From Candidatus Campbellbacteria bacterium (GTDB lineage Bacteria; Patescibacteriota; Minisyncoccia; Phycocordibacterales; EsbW-18): DNA of 64,000 nt. A model generated the notes under the pieces. That model did not search any database and had not been told where the DNA came from. It worked only from the letters and a program-made list of their open reading frames with translations. Below are positions 1-8,738 of this stretch, one piece after another (position 1 is the stretch's first letter; each line of letters starts with the position of its first letter). The DNA lies in contig BTUR01000002.1 of assembly GCA_045863475.1 (NCBI GenBank), forward strand, positions 410 through 64,409. Direction: 5' to 3'. A program made the position numbers and the translations under genes.

Positions 1-1316
1 AAAAGTTAGATGGTGTTGGCATATTAGCGTGGCATCCTGATCGCCTCGCGCGTAATTCGATTGACGGTGGACGAGTTATTTACGCCGTAGACACTCGAAA
101 AGTTGTGTCTTTGCGCTTTCCGACATTTTGGTTTGAACCAACCCCGCAAGGGCTCTTTATGCTGCAAGTGGCGTTTGGTCAATCCAAATATTATTCGGAT
201 AACTTATCGGACAATATCAAGCGTGGTGTCCGCCAAAAACTGCGTCGTGGAGAATGGTTGAACTTAGCTCCCTTTGGCTATCAGAATAACCCCCGTATTA
301 GAAATATCGAACCTCATCCAACAAATGCTCGCGTAGTGAAGTTGGCTTTTGAAGAATACGCCAAAGGGTCGCACACTTTTATTTCGCTCGCACAATTTTT
401 GGCGGACTTGGGCGTGGTGACTCGTAACCAAACGCCACTTGCCAAAGTTTCCATCAAACGACTTTTGACACACAGAGCATATCTCGGCTTCGTCAAACAT
501 GGTGATGAATGGTTTGATGGAAACTTTGAGCCAATTGTTACTCCCGCATTGTTTGAAGCCGTGCAGAAAGTATTGCAAACAAAAGAAAGGCCGCGCAAAA
601 GGAAAATCAAGCACGATTTTCCTTTCACTGGACTTTTTCGATGCGCCGAGTGTGGGAGTATGATTTCCGCGCAATGGGCGACTGGAAAATCTGGTGGTCG
701 CTATCGGTATTATCGGTGCTCGAAAAAGCGCGGCCACTGTTCGCAAGCGTATTTGCAAGAAAGCGAACTTACTCGGCAAATCTGTGCACGGCTTCAAACA
801 ATCTCGCTTTGCGATCGCTATACCAACTGGATGTTGGACAAAGTGAGACTATGGGAGCGTGAGGAAATTGGAGCGTCGCAAAGCGAGGTTCAAAATCTTT
901 CGAGTGGAATCAAAGCGAACGAGGAGCGCATGGAAAAACTGCTCTCGGCGTATCTTGATGGCGATGTACCGAAAGATGTTTATCTCAAGCGAAAAGATAC
1001 GCTCATGCGCTCTCTCGCCGCTTTGAAGGAACAAATGAAAGATTTTGAACGCGGGAGAAACAATTGGGTCGAACCCTTGCGGGAATGGATTTTAGATACG
1101 AAACAAGCCAATTTTTTGTCCTCCTCCTCTGATTTGTACCAAATCAAGTCGTTCGTCCAAAAAATCGGAACGAACCCCTTGGTTCGTGACAAATCCGCCC
1201 ATTTCGCCCTGCCCATTCCGTCCCAATTCGTCGCGAAGCGACGCCACCTTTTGCCCAGCCCCGCGCCAAAGGCGCGTGGCGCATCTCGGCTTTCAGAACA
1301 GGAAGTTTCTTTCTGC
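1..1316. mobile_element. Right end of a probable integrative element at the 3' end of tRNA-Ser
   Basis: Integrase gene abutting and overlapping the tRNA 3' end; more AT-rich than neighbouring core genes; other att site not in window. Confidence 0.6.
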
Positions 1317-1427
1317 GGTGAGGGTGGGATTCGAACCCACGGTCCAGTTTCCCGGACACCACATTTCGAGTGTGGCGCTTTCGACCACTCAGCCACCTCA
1401 CCAAAATCAAAACTCAAGATGAGGTAG
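3..1427 (+). CDS. Large serine recombinase/integrase (5' end outside window)
   Basis: Frame open from window start (…ILAWHPDRLARNS…, serine recombinase DRLxR motif), recombinase domain (APFGY), Zn ribbon (CAECG…YYRC…C), coiled coil; last ~37 codons run antisense through tRNA-Ser. Confidence 0.9.
   Translation, partial: KLDGVGILAWHPDRLARNSIDGGRVIYAVDTRKVVSLRFPTFWFEPTPQGLFMLQVAFGQSKYYSDNLSDNIKRGVRQKLRRGEWLNLAPFGYQNNPRIRNIEPHPTNARVVKLAFEEYAKGSHTFISLAQFLADLGVVTRNQTPLAKVSIKRLLTHRAYLGFVKHGDEWFDGNFEPIVTPALFEAVQKVLQTKERPRKRKIKHDFPFTGLFRCAECGSMISAQWATGKSGGRYRYYRCSKKRGHCSQAYLQESELTRQICARLQTISLCDRYTNWMLDKVRLWEREEIGASQSEVQNLSSGIKANEERMEKLLSAYLDGDVPKDVYLKRKDTLMRSLAALKEQMKDFERGRNNWVEPLREWILDTKQANFLSSSSDLYQIKSFVQKIGTNPLVRDKSAHFALPIPSQFVAKRRHLLPSPAPKARGASRLSEQEVSFCGEGGIRTHGPVSRTPHFECGAFDHSATSPKSKLKMR
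1316..1402 (-). tRNA. tRNA-Ser(CGA)
   Basis: GGTGAGG…CCTCACC-G acceptor, CCACA-CT CGA AA-TGTGG anticodon arm, long variable arm, GGTTCGAATCC T loop. Confidence 0.95.
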
Positions 1428-1520
1428 CTGAGTGTTCGACAAGTCGTCCACCTCGTCCGTTTTCAACGGACTCGGATGAATGCTGTCTAAACAGCCTTCA
1501 TCCACTCAGCCACCTCACCA
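1403..1520 (-). ncRNA. Structured 5' leader of tRNA-Ser with sense and antisense copies of the tRNA 5' end
   Basis: 1502-1520 identical to 1385-1403; 1418-1434 complementary to it (17 bp, 2 G·U on the minus strand); two internal hairpins. Confidence 0.7.
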
Positions 1521-1601
1521 GGTGTTGATTTGCCGCCTCATTTTGCCATATTTCCTTAAAAATGCTATATTTTTTCGCGTCGGTAGAAGGGAAAAGAATA
1601 C

Positions 1602-1676
1602 GGCCTCATCGTCTAGCCTGGTCTAGGACGTCACCCTTTCACGGTGAAAACTCGGGTTCGAATCCCGATGAGGTCA
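1602..1676 (+). tRNA. tRNA-Glu(UUC)
   Basis: GGCCTCA…TGAGGTC-A, TCACC-CT TTC AC-GGTGA, GGTTCGAATCC; CCA not encoded. Confidence 0.95.
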
Positions 1677-1677
1677 C

Positions 1678-2640
1678 ATGAAATTTGAAAGACCCCCCAG
1701 CAATCCTGCGGAGACCCAGTACGGCTCATATCTCGAGAAAAACGAAACGCTCATTGAACGGGCGCACGAGAAAGCGGCAGCCCTCATCGCTCGTGAAGCT
1801 GTCGACCCGAAAGGGTTTGATGACGTGTACTCGTCCGATGAGATTGAAAATGACTTGAAGCGCGTTGCAGAGCGCACGGCGACGTTTGAGAACAAAGACC
1901 GTTCGTCGCTTATGGATAAGGCGGCGCTTGCAGCGGAGGCGCTCATGTACGAGCAGGTTGGCAAGAGCGACTGGCTGTCCGGAGAAGGGGTGAAAGTATA
2001 TCCGGAGAAAACAACTGACTCCGATGATATTTTCAATAAGACCGACTTGGTGCTGACGTTTGAAACAGGGGAAGACGAGGAACCGCTTGCGGTGACGGTT
2101 GATGTGACCATCGGTATGCGCACGCTCACCGAGAAAATTCACTCAATTAAACAGGAAATTGATACGCAGTCACTGACGACGGTTAAGTATCACGAAACAC
2201 CGTCAGGAGAACATGTACCGCTGGAAAAAGCACCGCGGGTTATTCTTGGGATAGAGCCGGAGACGCTCATGGAGCTCCTGCCGTTATGGCTGACAGGTGA
2301 TGCACAAGGCAGGGAACGACTCAAGACACACCCGGTACAACTGGATGTGGCACTGGCGATTGAGATGCAGCTGAAGGCCTATGAAGAGTATGCGCGTACT
2401 ACAGGAAAGGAAAACACGGCCGATCGTTTTAAAGCTGCCTCGGGTATTATTACAGCGATTTGTCGGGGAAAAGTACGAAGCAGCACTGAACCTGTGAAAA
2501 GAAAAGAAGGCCGCCTGTTGCGTGACTTGCGTACGGCACTTGATTCCCAACTCTTGAACCCTTCATCAAAAAAGGTTCTGAAAGAAAGTTCTCTTGAGGA
2601 GCGTAAACGTTTGGAGATTATCAAACGTTTGCGGCGCTAG
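1678..2640 (+). CDS. Hypothetical protein (acidic; possible PD-(D/E)xK-like DD…D…VDVT core)
   Basis: 320-aa ORF with normal codon use, starts 1 nt after tRNA-Glu. Confidence 0.75.
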   Translation: MKFERPPSNPAETQYGSYLEKNETLIERAHEKAAALIAREAVDPKGFDDVYSSDEIENDLKRVAERTATFENKDRSSLMDKAALAAEALMYEQVGKSDWLSGEGVKVYPEKTTDSDDIFNKTDLVLTFETGEDEEPLAVTVDVTIGMRTLTEKIHSIKQEIDTQSLTTVKYHETPSGEHVPLEKAPRVILGIEPETLMELLPLWLTGDAQGRERLKTHPVQLDVALAIEMQLKAYEEYARTTGKENTADRFKAASGIITAICRGKVRSSTEPVKRKEGRLLRDLRTALDSQLLNPSSKKVLKESSLEERKRLEIIKRLRR

Positions 2641-3605
2641 AGTGCAGACACCCTCTCGTTGCCGCATTCTTTCTGTATCGTCGTACCGTCTTTCTCCAGA
2701 TAGACGGTCGTTTCTTTTGTGGTGTACGAAAAATCTTCCGGGTTGATGGAGAGTGTTACGAAAAGGCCGCAGCGAACGTTGTCGTTCCAGTACTGGTCAA
2801 AGACGAGATTACCGAGCGAGTAATAAATGTCTTTTCCGTTGTAGGTCTCGCGTGTCTGTATGACGTGCGGGTGGCCGCCAACGATAAAATCTGCTCCGGC
2901 ATCAATGAACTCCCGAGCAAGGGCTTTCTGATATTCGTTCGGCTCATTCGTGTATTCGTATCCCCAATGCGTGAACACGACCACGAAATCTGTCGTCGTT
3001 GCGAGCGAGCGGATAGTGGCAACGACATCGTCTTTTCCCGGTGGAAAGAATTCGTTAAATCCGACGAAACCAATGCGTGTTCCGCGGATGTCCTGTATGT
3101 GGTGCGTCTGCGCGAACGGCTCGCCGAAGTATGAGAGTCCAACGTCGCTGAGATGTTGTTTTGTCTGTGAAAGTCCCGGGTTGCCGAAATTAAATACGTG
3201 GTTGTTGGCGAGCGAGAGTACGCCGATATTGGCGCTCGTGAGTGCCTCGACCGTCTTCGGTGAGAACGTAAACACGTAGTTGTTCTGCTCAAGCGGCTTT
3301 GAGCCCTGGCTGACCGATTCGAATGTGGTGACCGATCCCTCCAGATTCGCAACAACAACATCGTGTGATGAGAAGAGAGGCGCGAGAGGTGCAAGGATGG
3401 CGTCATACCCAAGCAGTTCTGCTTTTTGACGGATGTATCGGTCAAACATGAGGTCACCACCGAAGCCGATGACAACGGGTTCTTGTTTTGGAGAAAGGCG
3501 ATTGACGATGTGTTGCAGCGGCGTCGGCGCACCTGCGGGGCGCGGGAAGGTGAGTATTCCGGCAACAAGTGCGACAACGACAATAATCAACCAGCCCTTT
3601 TTCAT
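2637..3605 (-). CDS. CapA-family metallophosphatase with N-terminal membrane anchor
   Basis: GDLMFDR, ANLEG, ANNH, HWG, GGHPHV, YSLGN motifs; start MKKGW chosen after a -10-like element. Confidence 0.9.
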   Translation of the reverse strand: MKKGWLIIVVVALVAGILTFPRPAGAPTPLQHIVNRLSPKQEPVVIGFGGDLMFDRYIRQKAELLGYDAILAPLAPLFSSHDVVVANLEGSVTTFESVSQGSKPLEQNNYVFTFSPKTVEALTSANIGVLSLANNHVFNFGNPGLSQTKQHLSDVGLSYFGEPFAQTHHIQDIRGTRIGFVGFNEFFPPGKDDVVATIRSLATTTDFVVVFTHWGYEYTNEPNEYQKALAREFIDAGADFIVGGHPHVIQTRETYNGKDIYYSLGNLVFDQYWNDNVRCGLFVTLSINPEDFSYTTKETTVYLEKDGTTIQKECGNERVSAL

Positions 3606-3649
3606 GGTGCAGTTATAGCACGAAAAAAGTCCCGAAAAAACAAAAGGTG

Positions 3650-3723
3650 TGGGCGATACAGGACTCGAACCTGTGACCTTCACAATGTCAATGTGACGCT
3701 CTAACCAGCTGAGCTAATCGCCC
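3650..3723 (-). tRNA. tRNA-Val(GAC)
   Basis: GGGCGAT…ATCGCCC-A, TCACA-TT GAC AT-TGTGA, GGTTCGAGTCC. Confidence 0.95.
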
Positions 3724-3804
3724 GAACGCGAAGCCATTGTAGACCAAAGTGGCAGTTTTCTCAATATTTGTTTTTTTCGTCTGTACGCGTACAAATTCTA
3801 CACA

Positions 3805-5235
3805 TTACTCCTCCTCCCATGTGATGGTGGTGTATTGGTCAGTTACCAACGGGAATGACGGTGGTGGTCCGTACAAGAGGCTTCCGTCGTAGTTGATGTT
3901 TCTTGTCTGGTATCCGGTATTGTCGGTGTAGGCAAAACCGTATCGCTGACTGGTCGCAATCATACCCCACAGTGTTATGGTTTGCCGTGTGTGGTACGGC
4001 GAGCATCGCTGTGAGTTGCCGCTCGGTCCGCGGTAGTAGTATCGTCCGACACGGCCATTCTGTGCGATGAGTGCGCCATCAATTCTCAAATCGTCTTCAC
4101 TTACCAATCCGACGGTCACGTTGCCTTGCGCAATGAGACCGAGCACATCAGTGCCATCATAATTTGTGTAGAGGAGATCATTGTTTACGACTATGTTTTT
4201 TCGGAACGGCGGATTGTCAGGAAGAAACGCGGCAACGATGGTGAGACGGCCGCCGTCTATCTGCCCATCAACAAAGATGTCGTCTTCCAAAAAGATGATG
4301 CCATTTTCCGGGAACGGATATGTGTCAATCAAATGCTGGTTTCGTATGCTCCATGTCCCCCAACCGGACTGATCTGCACTGTTCGTGCATCCCGACGGTG
4401 CGTTGGTAAAGCCCGTGACGCGATAGAGATCAAACGTGTCGTCGGTCTTCAACACGATGTGGTACCCCAATGCGCCCGCACTCGGCCGGTAGAAACCTGC
4501 AGTTTGCGCGTCGGTTTTCATTTGTGCGAGATCGGTGGTGATACCGAAGAAGTCCACGGCCGGAACAGGGAACTGGCGGCCGATTTGGAACACATCGGTT
4601 CGGTTTGGTACCGCCGACGGCGGAAGCGGGTCAACAGGAGCGACGTGGGTGTGCACACCAAACTCGTTTCCTCCCGTATGGTCAGGATCGTTGTAGGTGG
4701 CAACCGCGCTTGAAATCACGTTGTGCGCGATACCATCAAAGCGCACGCCTTGGTTGGAGTGAACGGGTCCGAACACCTCTGTACCTTCTCCGAACCGCAT
4801 AACGTCGTTTGCGGCAACGGCATATTTTGCGATGGACGGTTTGGCAAACTGCACTGCGATTTCACGATCAAGCGTTTCGTTGTCGGCCACGTTTCCTTTT
4901 GATGAGACCTGAACGAGTGTGGAACCAAGCGGTGGCGGTGTAATGTCGAGGGTGAATTGACCGACAACATTGTCGTCTTTGTCGCGGAAGTCATGCGTGT
5001 ACGGGCCTGAGGTGCCGGTTCCGTCTTGGAAGTCCTCAGGCGCGTGCGCGAGGTGCCATCGGTAGTAATCAATACCCGCCTCCGCAATCTGAAGTGTCTT
5101 CTCACGGTCCACGGCTTGTCGTCCCGCTTTCACATTGAGGAGTGCCCACGACGCGGACGCGTTCAGGAGATATACGGCGACTGAGCCGAAAATGATTACC
5201 GGTGCCAATATGAATCCTGCGGTGCGCGTGCTCAT
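3805..5235 (-). CDS. PilX-like minor pilin / pilus-associated protein
   Basis: GFIL hydrophobic N-terminus, IAEAGI motif, C-terminal WEE; third gene of pilin cluster. Confidence 0.7.
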   Translation of the reverse strand: MSTRTAGFILAPVIIFGSVAVYLLNASASWALLNVKAGRQAVDREKTLQIAEAGIDYYRWHLAHAPEDFQDGTGTSGPYTHDFRDKDDNVVGQFTLDITPPPLGSTLVQVSSKGNVADNETLDREIAVQFAKPSIAKYAVAANDVMRFGEGTEVFGPVHSNQGVRFDGIAHNVISSAVATYNDPDHTGGNEFGVHTHVAPVDPLPPSAVPNRTDVFQIGRQFPVPAVDFFGITTDLAQMKTDAQTAGFYRPSAGALGYHIVLKTDDTFDLYRVTGFTNAPSGCTNSADQSGWGTWSIRNQHLIDTYPFPENGIIFLEDDIFVDGQIDGGRLTIVAAFLPDNPPFRKNIVVNNDLLYTNYDGTDVLGLIAQGNVTVGLVSEDDLRIDGALIAQNGRVGRYYYRGPSGNSQRCSPYHTRQTITLWGMIATSQRYGFAYTDNTGYQTRNINYDGSLLYGPPPSFPLVTDQYTTITWEEE

Positions 5236-5855
5236 AGGTTGTCTTTGAGGTTTCTCATTGAAACTTGCGTCGTCAGGGTGATTGCCCCCGGCGGCTCCTG
5301 GGCGTCTTTGTCGATGACTATTGTTATTTTTGCCAACCGTACGGTGGATATGTCCACGGGGTCGGAAAGCGGGTCCGTTGTGCCGTCATAGCTGTCGTCG
5401 TAGTAGGCGAAGACGGACGTCGTGCCGTTGGCAACGTCGTGAATGAATTCAGTCACGACTTCGTCGCCAGGGTTGTAGGTCAGTGGTGATCCGGTCGGTT
5501 TTGTGATGCCTTTTTTCAGTATTGTACCGTCGAGGAAGTATCGCACATGCTCTTTGAGTTGGTCGTCGTCCACGTTGCGGTAGAAGGCAATTGATGATGA
5601 GGAAGTTTCTGACAGGGCGTATGCACCGAGACTGGACGGGGAAGCGGAACGAATCTCCGCACTCATCATTTTAAGTCCTCGACGCGCCTCATTCTGTGCC
5701 GTCAGGCTTTCCGAGATGACTCGGTTTATTGAGAAGACATCTTTCTGGAACGCATAGAGGACAAGTCCGAGCACAATGAGCAGTGCAATACCGAAGAGCA
5801 TTTCAACGACAGTGAACCCGAAACGGAAACGATTTTTATTGCGGTGTGCGTTCAT
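5232..5855 (-). CDS. Type IV prepilin-like minor pilin (PilW/PulJ-like)
   Basis: GFTVVEML class III signal peptide; C-terminal MRN. Confidence 0.85.
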   Translation of the reverse strand: MNAHRNKNRFRFGFTVVEMLFGIALLIVLGLVLYAFQKDVFSINRVISESLTAQNEARRGLKMMSAEIRSASPSSLGAYALSETSSSSIAFYRNVDDDQLKEHVRYFLDGTILKKGITKPTGSPLTYNPGDEVVTEFIHDVANGTTSVFAYYDDSYDGTTDPLSDPVDISTVRLAKITIVIDKDAQEPPGAITLTTQVSMRNLKDNL

Positions 5856-5858
5856 GGT

Positions 5859-7661
5859 TTACGGTGATAAGGTGATTTCTCGCTGCTGCCACGATTCGTC
5901 CATCGAGACGGTATCGGTGGATTGCTGGTAACCGGATTTGGAGACCGTCAGCGTGTACGTACCTGCACCAAGACCGGTGAAGAGTGCCTGGCCCGGCGGT
6001 ACACACGACGACGTGAAAGTGAATGAGACGTCGGAGATTGTCGGTGTCCACGTTGTACTTGCGGTTTGCAGGTACGCTTTGTAGCGCAGATATCGTGAAC
6101 CGTCATGCAGTGCGTTGATGTTTTGGTCGGCCGCGGTGTAGTAGGAAGCGGATGTGCCGTCCGGTCCCACAAAATTCCATGCGAGCTTGTCGTTGTTTGT
6201 GGCGATTTGAAAACGGACACTGTCTGCACCCGTCGGCGGCGGCTGATCTTGCGGTTGCCAAAGAATTTGATGGAAATTTGCCGATGATGAACCGACGTCA
6301 AACGTTGAGGAAATAAGCCAGCCGGATGTCTGGTATTCATCAAGAATTTGTCTCAAGTGAAATTCGCCGGCAGGGTCGTTTGTTCGGATGTCTCCGTCGG
6401 AGTCGAAATATTCAGTTGTGTTGACGTAGTCTTCCTGTCCCGATCCTCCTGACCAGTCGGTCTGGCGTATAAAACCTTGTCCGGTGGTCAGTGTTTCGTC
6501 GTAGCCGGTTTTCTCGAGCCGGACGGTTGCGTCAGTAAGCGGAAGCTGTGTTGACGCGTCTTTGACGGTTACCAGCAGTGTTCGCGGGGTTTTTGGCGTG
6601 ACGATGAACTTCAGGTCTTGTGTCGAGTCAGGATTAAGTGATAACGGCAAAAGTGGAATGGTTCCCGCGAGGTCGTAGACGCCGTCGGTGAGGTCTACGT
6701 CGTATGTGTCCCACTCAAGCCCGGACACGTTTCGGTCTCCCGCGGCATTGGTTGAGAATGAAGCATCGTACTTCAGAATCTCAGGGTCCGTACCGATGAG
6801 TTTGGAGCCGAACAGGGAGAACCCGACGGAGGGAACAGGTGTGCAGGTATCCGTCATGCTCGAGATTGAAAGTGAGCTCGTGCGGTCAATGGAGAAGCTG
6901 ATTTGTGTGAGCTGTTGGAGGGCCACGGTTGCGTGCGGTTTAACCGGGTTGGGGTTGTCTTCATCGCCTGAAGGATACGTCATGTCCGTTGAGTAGCCGG
7001 ACTTCGAGACGGTTACCTCATATGCTTCGACGCCGGGCGGTGCATCGACGATTTGGAGCAGTCCGTTGTTATTCGTTGAGTCGTCAATAACGATGGAGGA
7101 CGTCCCTTGATTGTTTTCTACGTGCACATCGGCATCGACTATCGGTTGTCCCGACGCATCAAAAACCTGAACAAAGAGCGCGCCGTTCGTTGAAGCGGTT
7201 TCAAGCGCTCGCGGTCCGACGTGCGTGGTGAAGGAAAGTGGTGTGAAATTTCTGCACGACGCACAGCTGATTTCCAATTCAATGAGTTTGTAGTCGCTCG
7301 GAGAAAGGTCCGTAGGACTGCCGTCTATTGTGCCGTCAAACGGGTCGTCAATGTTGCGTATGGTGGTTTCCACGGAGAACTCATTGCCATCGCGCGTCAG
7401 CGTCTGTATGTGGGGAATCTTGCCGTCCGGAATACCATCGGGTATACCGACATCCGTGTACGGCAGGTTGCGGATGATTTCAAATTGTTCATTGGCAAGC
7501 GCCGCAGCTGCGACTTTGAGACGAGACGCTTCAATCGCGCGCATAGTTACGATATACCCCTGGTAGACACTGACCGCGATGACGAGAAAAACGAATATCC
7601 CGACGAGGGATTCTACGAGCGTAAATCCGTGCTGTGATTTAGAGGCGTGCATGACAAGCAA
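5859..7661 (-). CDS. Large prepilin-like protein with carboxypeptidase-regulatory-like (Ig-type) domains
   Basis: GFTLVESLV cleavage motif; repeated Y.(V/L)TVSKSGY beta modules. Confidence 0.8.
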   Translation of the reverse strand: MLVMHASKSQHGFTLVESLVGIFVFLVIAVSVYQGYIVTMRAIEASRLKVAAAALANEQFEIIRNLPYTDVGIPDGIPDGKIPHIQTLTRDGNEFSVETTIRNIDDPFDGTIDGSPTDLSPSDYKLIELEISCASCRNFTPLSFTTHVGPRALETASTNGALFVQVFDASGQPIVDADVHVENNQGTSSIVIDDSTNNNGLLQIVDAPPGVEAYEVTVSKSGYSTDMTYPSGDEDNPNPVKPHATVALQQLTQISFSIDRTSSLSISSMTDTCTPVPSVGFSLFGSKLIGTDPEILKYDASFSTNAAGDRNVSGLEWDTYDVDLTDGVYDLAGTIPLLPLSLNPDSTQDLKFIVTPKTPRTLLVTVKDASTQLPLTDATVRLEKTGYDETLTTGQGFIRQTDWSGGSGQEDYVNTTEYFDSDGDIRTNDPAGEFHLRQILDEYQTSGWLISSTFDVGSSSANFHQILWQPQDQPPPTGADSVRFQIATNNDKLAWNFVGPDGTSASYYTAADQNINALHDGSRYLRYKAYLQTASTTWTPTISDVSFTFTSSCVPPGQALFTGLGAGTYTLTVSKSGYQQSTDTVSMDESWQQREITLSP

Positions 7662-7718
7662 TATGAATACTCTTTATGATAGCAAAAGAAAAAACCTTTT
7701 TGCTATAAAACAGAGGGT

Positions 7719-8639
7719 TTAGTGAGCTCGCGCTTTCAGGTGGAGATACAGGTCTTCAAGTGCGCGCACGGCGTCGCCGGCGGCGATGTTGTTTTGATGG
7801 TAGCGGACGTTCGTGCAGTCACCCGCGGCCCAAATCCCCGGAATGTTTGTTGCGTTGGTCCACGGGTCGATTTCGATGCGTCCGTATTCGTCCAGCGCAA
7901 GAAGTTCTTTCGCAAAATCCGTGTTCGGCAACATGCCGATTTCCACAAAGATGCCGGTGACGGGAAGTGTGTGCTCACCACTCTGGTCTTCGTAGGTGAG
8001 GCCGGAGACAAACGCGTCTCCCGTAACCCCTGTGATGCGCGCGCCGGTGATGACCTTCATGTTGGGGTGGGCGGATACTTTTTGTACCGTTATGGCGTCT
8101 GCTTTGAACGTGTCGCTTCGGTTGAGCAAGGTGACTGATGTGCAGTAGGCGAGGAGTTGTGCGGCGCTTTCAAATCCGGCGTTGCCGCCGCCGATGACCG
8201 CAACGTCTTGGCCCGCGAAGACGGGACCGTCACATGATGCGCAGTACGAGATACCTTTGTTCTCAAACTGTTCCGCGCCGGGAACGTCGAGTTTTTTGCG
8301 TGACGAACCGCTTGTTATGAGAATGCTCCGCGTTGTGTAGGATGCCTTATCGGTTGCAACGGAGAATTCGTCATCTTTCTTTGTGATGCCGGTAACCCGC
8401 TCTCCCGTGTTAATAGTGATGAACGAGTCTGCGTACGCGCGGATGTGGGCCTCAAATGCTTTTGCAAGTTCGTTGCCGGGAATAGACGGTGTGCCGATCC
8501 AGTTTTGTATGTCGGGGGAGACGACGCTCTGTCCGCCGAAATCAGGTGTAATGAGCAGTGTTTTGAGTTGTTTGCGCGCCGCGTAGACCGCTGCTGCGGT
8601 TCCTCCGGGTCCTGCGCCGATGATGATGAGGTCGTACAT
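7719..8639 (-). CDS. trxB: Thioredoxin reductase / AhpF-like FAD oxidoreductase
   Basis: GAGPGG FAD motif, CASC redox motif, GGGNAG, GD motif. Confidence 0.9.
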   Translation of the reverse strand: MYDLIIIGAGPGGTAAAVYAARKQLKTLLITPDFGGQSVVSPDIQNWIGTPSIPGNELAKAFEAHIRAYADSFITINTGERVTGITKKDDEFSVATDKASYTTRSILITSGSSRKKLDVPGAEQFENKGISYCASCDGPVFAGQDVAVIGGGNAGFESAAQLLAYCTSVTLLNRSDTFKADAITVQKVSAHPNMKVITGARITGVTGDAFVSGLTYEDQSGEHTLPVTGIFVEIGMLPNTDFAKELLALDEYGRIEIDPWTNATNIPGIWAAGDCTNVRYHQNNIAAGDAVRALEDLYLHLKARAH

Positions 8640-8672
8640 GAAAACCAGTATACCAGAGGATGAAATGGGAAC

Positions 8673-8708
8673 GAAAAAAACCGTCCCGGCATACCGGGAC
8701 GGTTTTCG
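8673..8708. terminator. Intrinsic terminator after ftsZ
   Basis: AAAACCGTCCCGG-CATA-CCGGGACGGTTTT hairpin. Confidence 0.8.
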
Positions 8709-8738
8709 CGCTTTCAGAAATATAAGGTGAACGGAGCG

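Noticed and set aside
980-1417. Minus-strand ORFs over tRNA-Ser
   Set aside because: They are translations of the tRNA and of the integrase antisense strand.
1452-1480. Hammerhead-like GAGTCCG…CGGACGA in the Ser leader
   Set aside because: The CUGANGA and GAAA core residues are absent.
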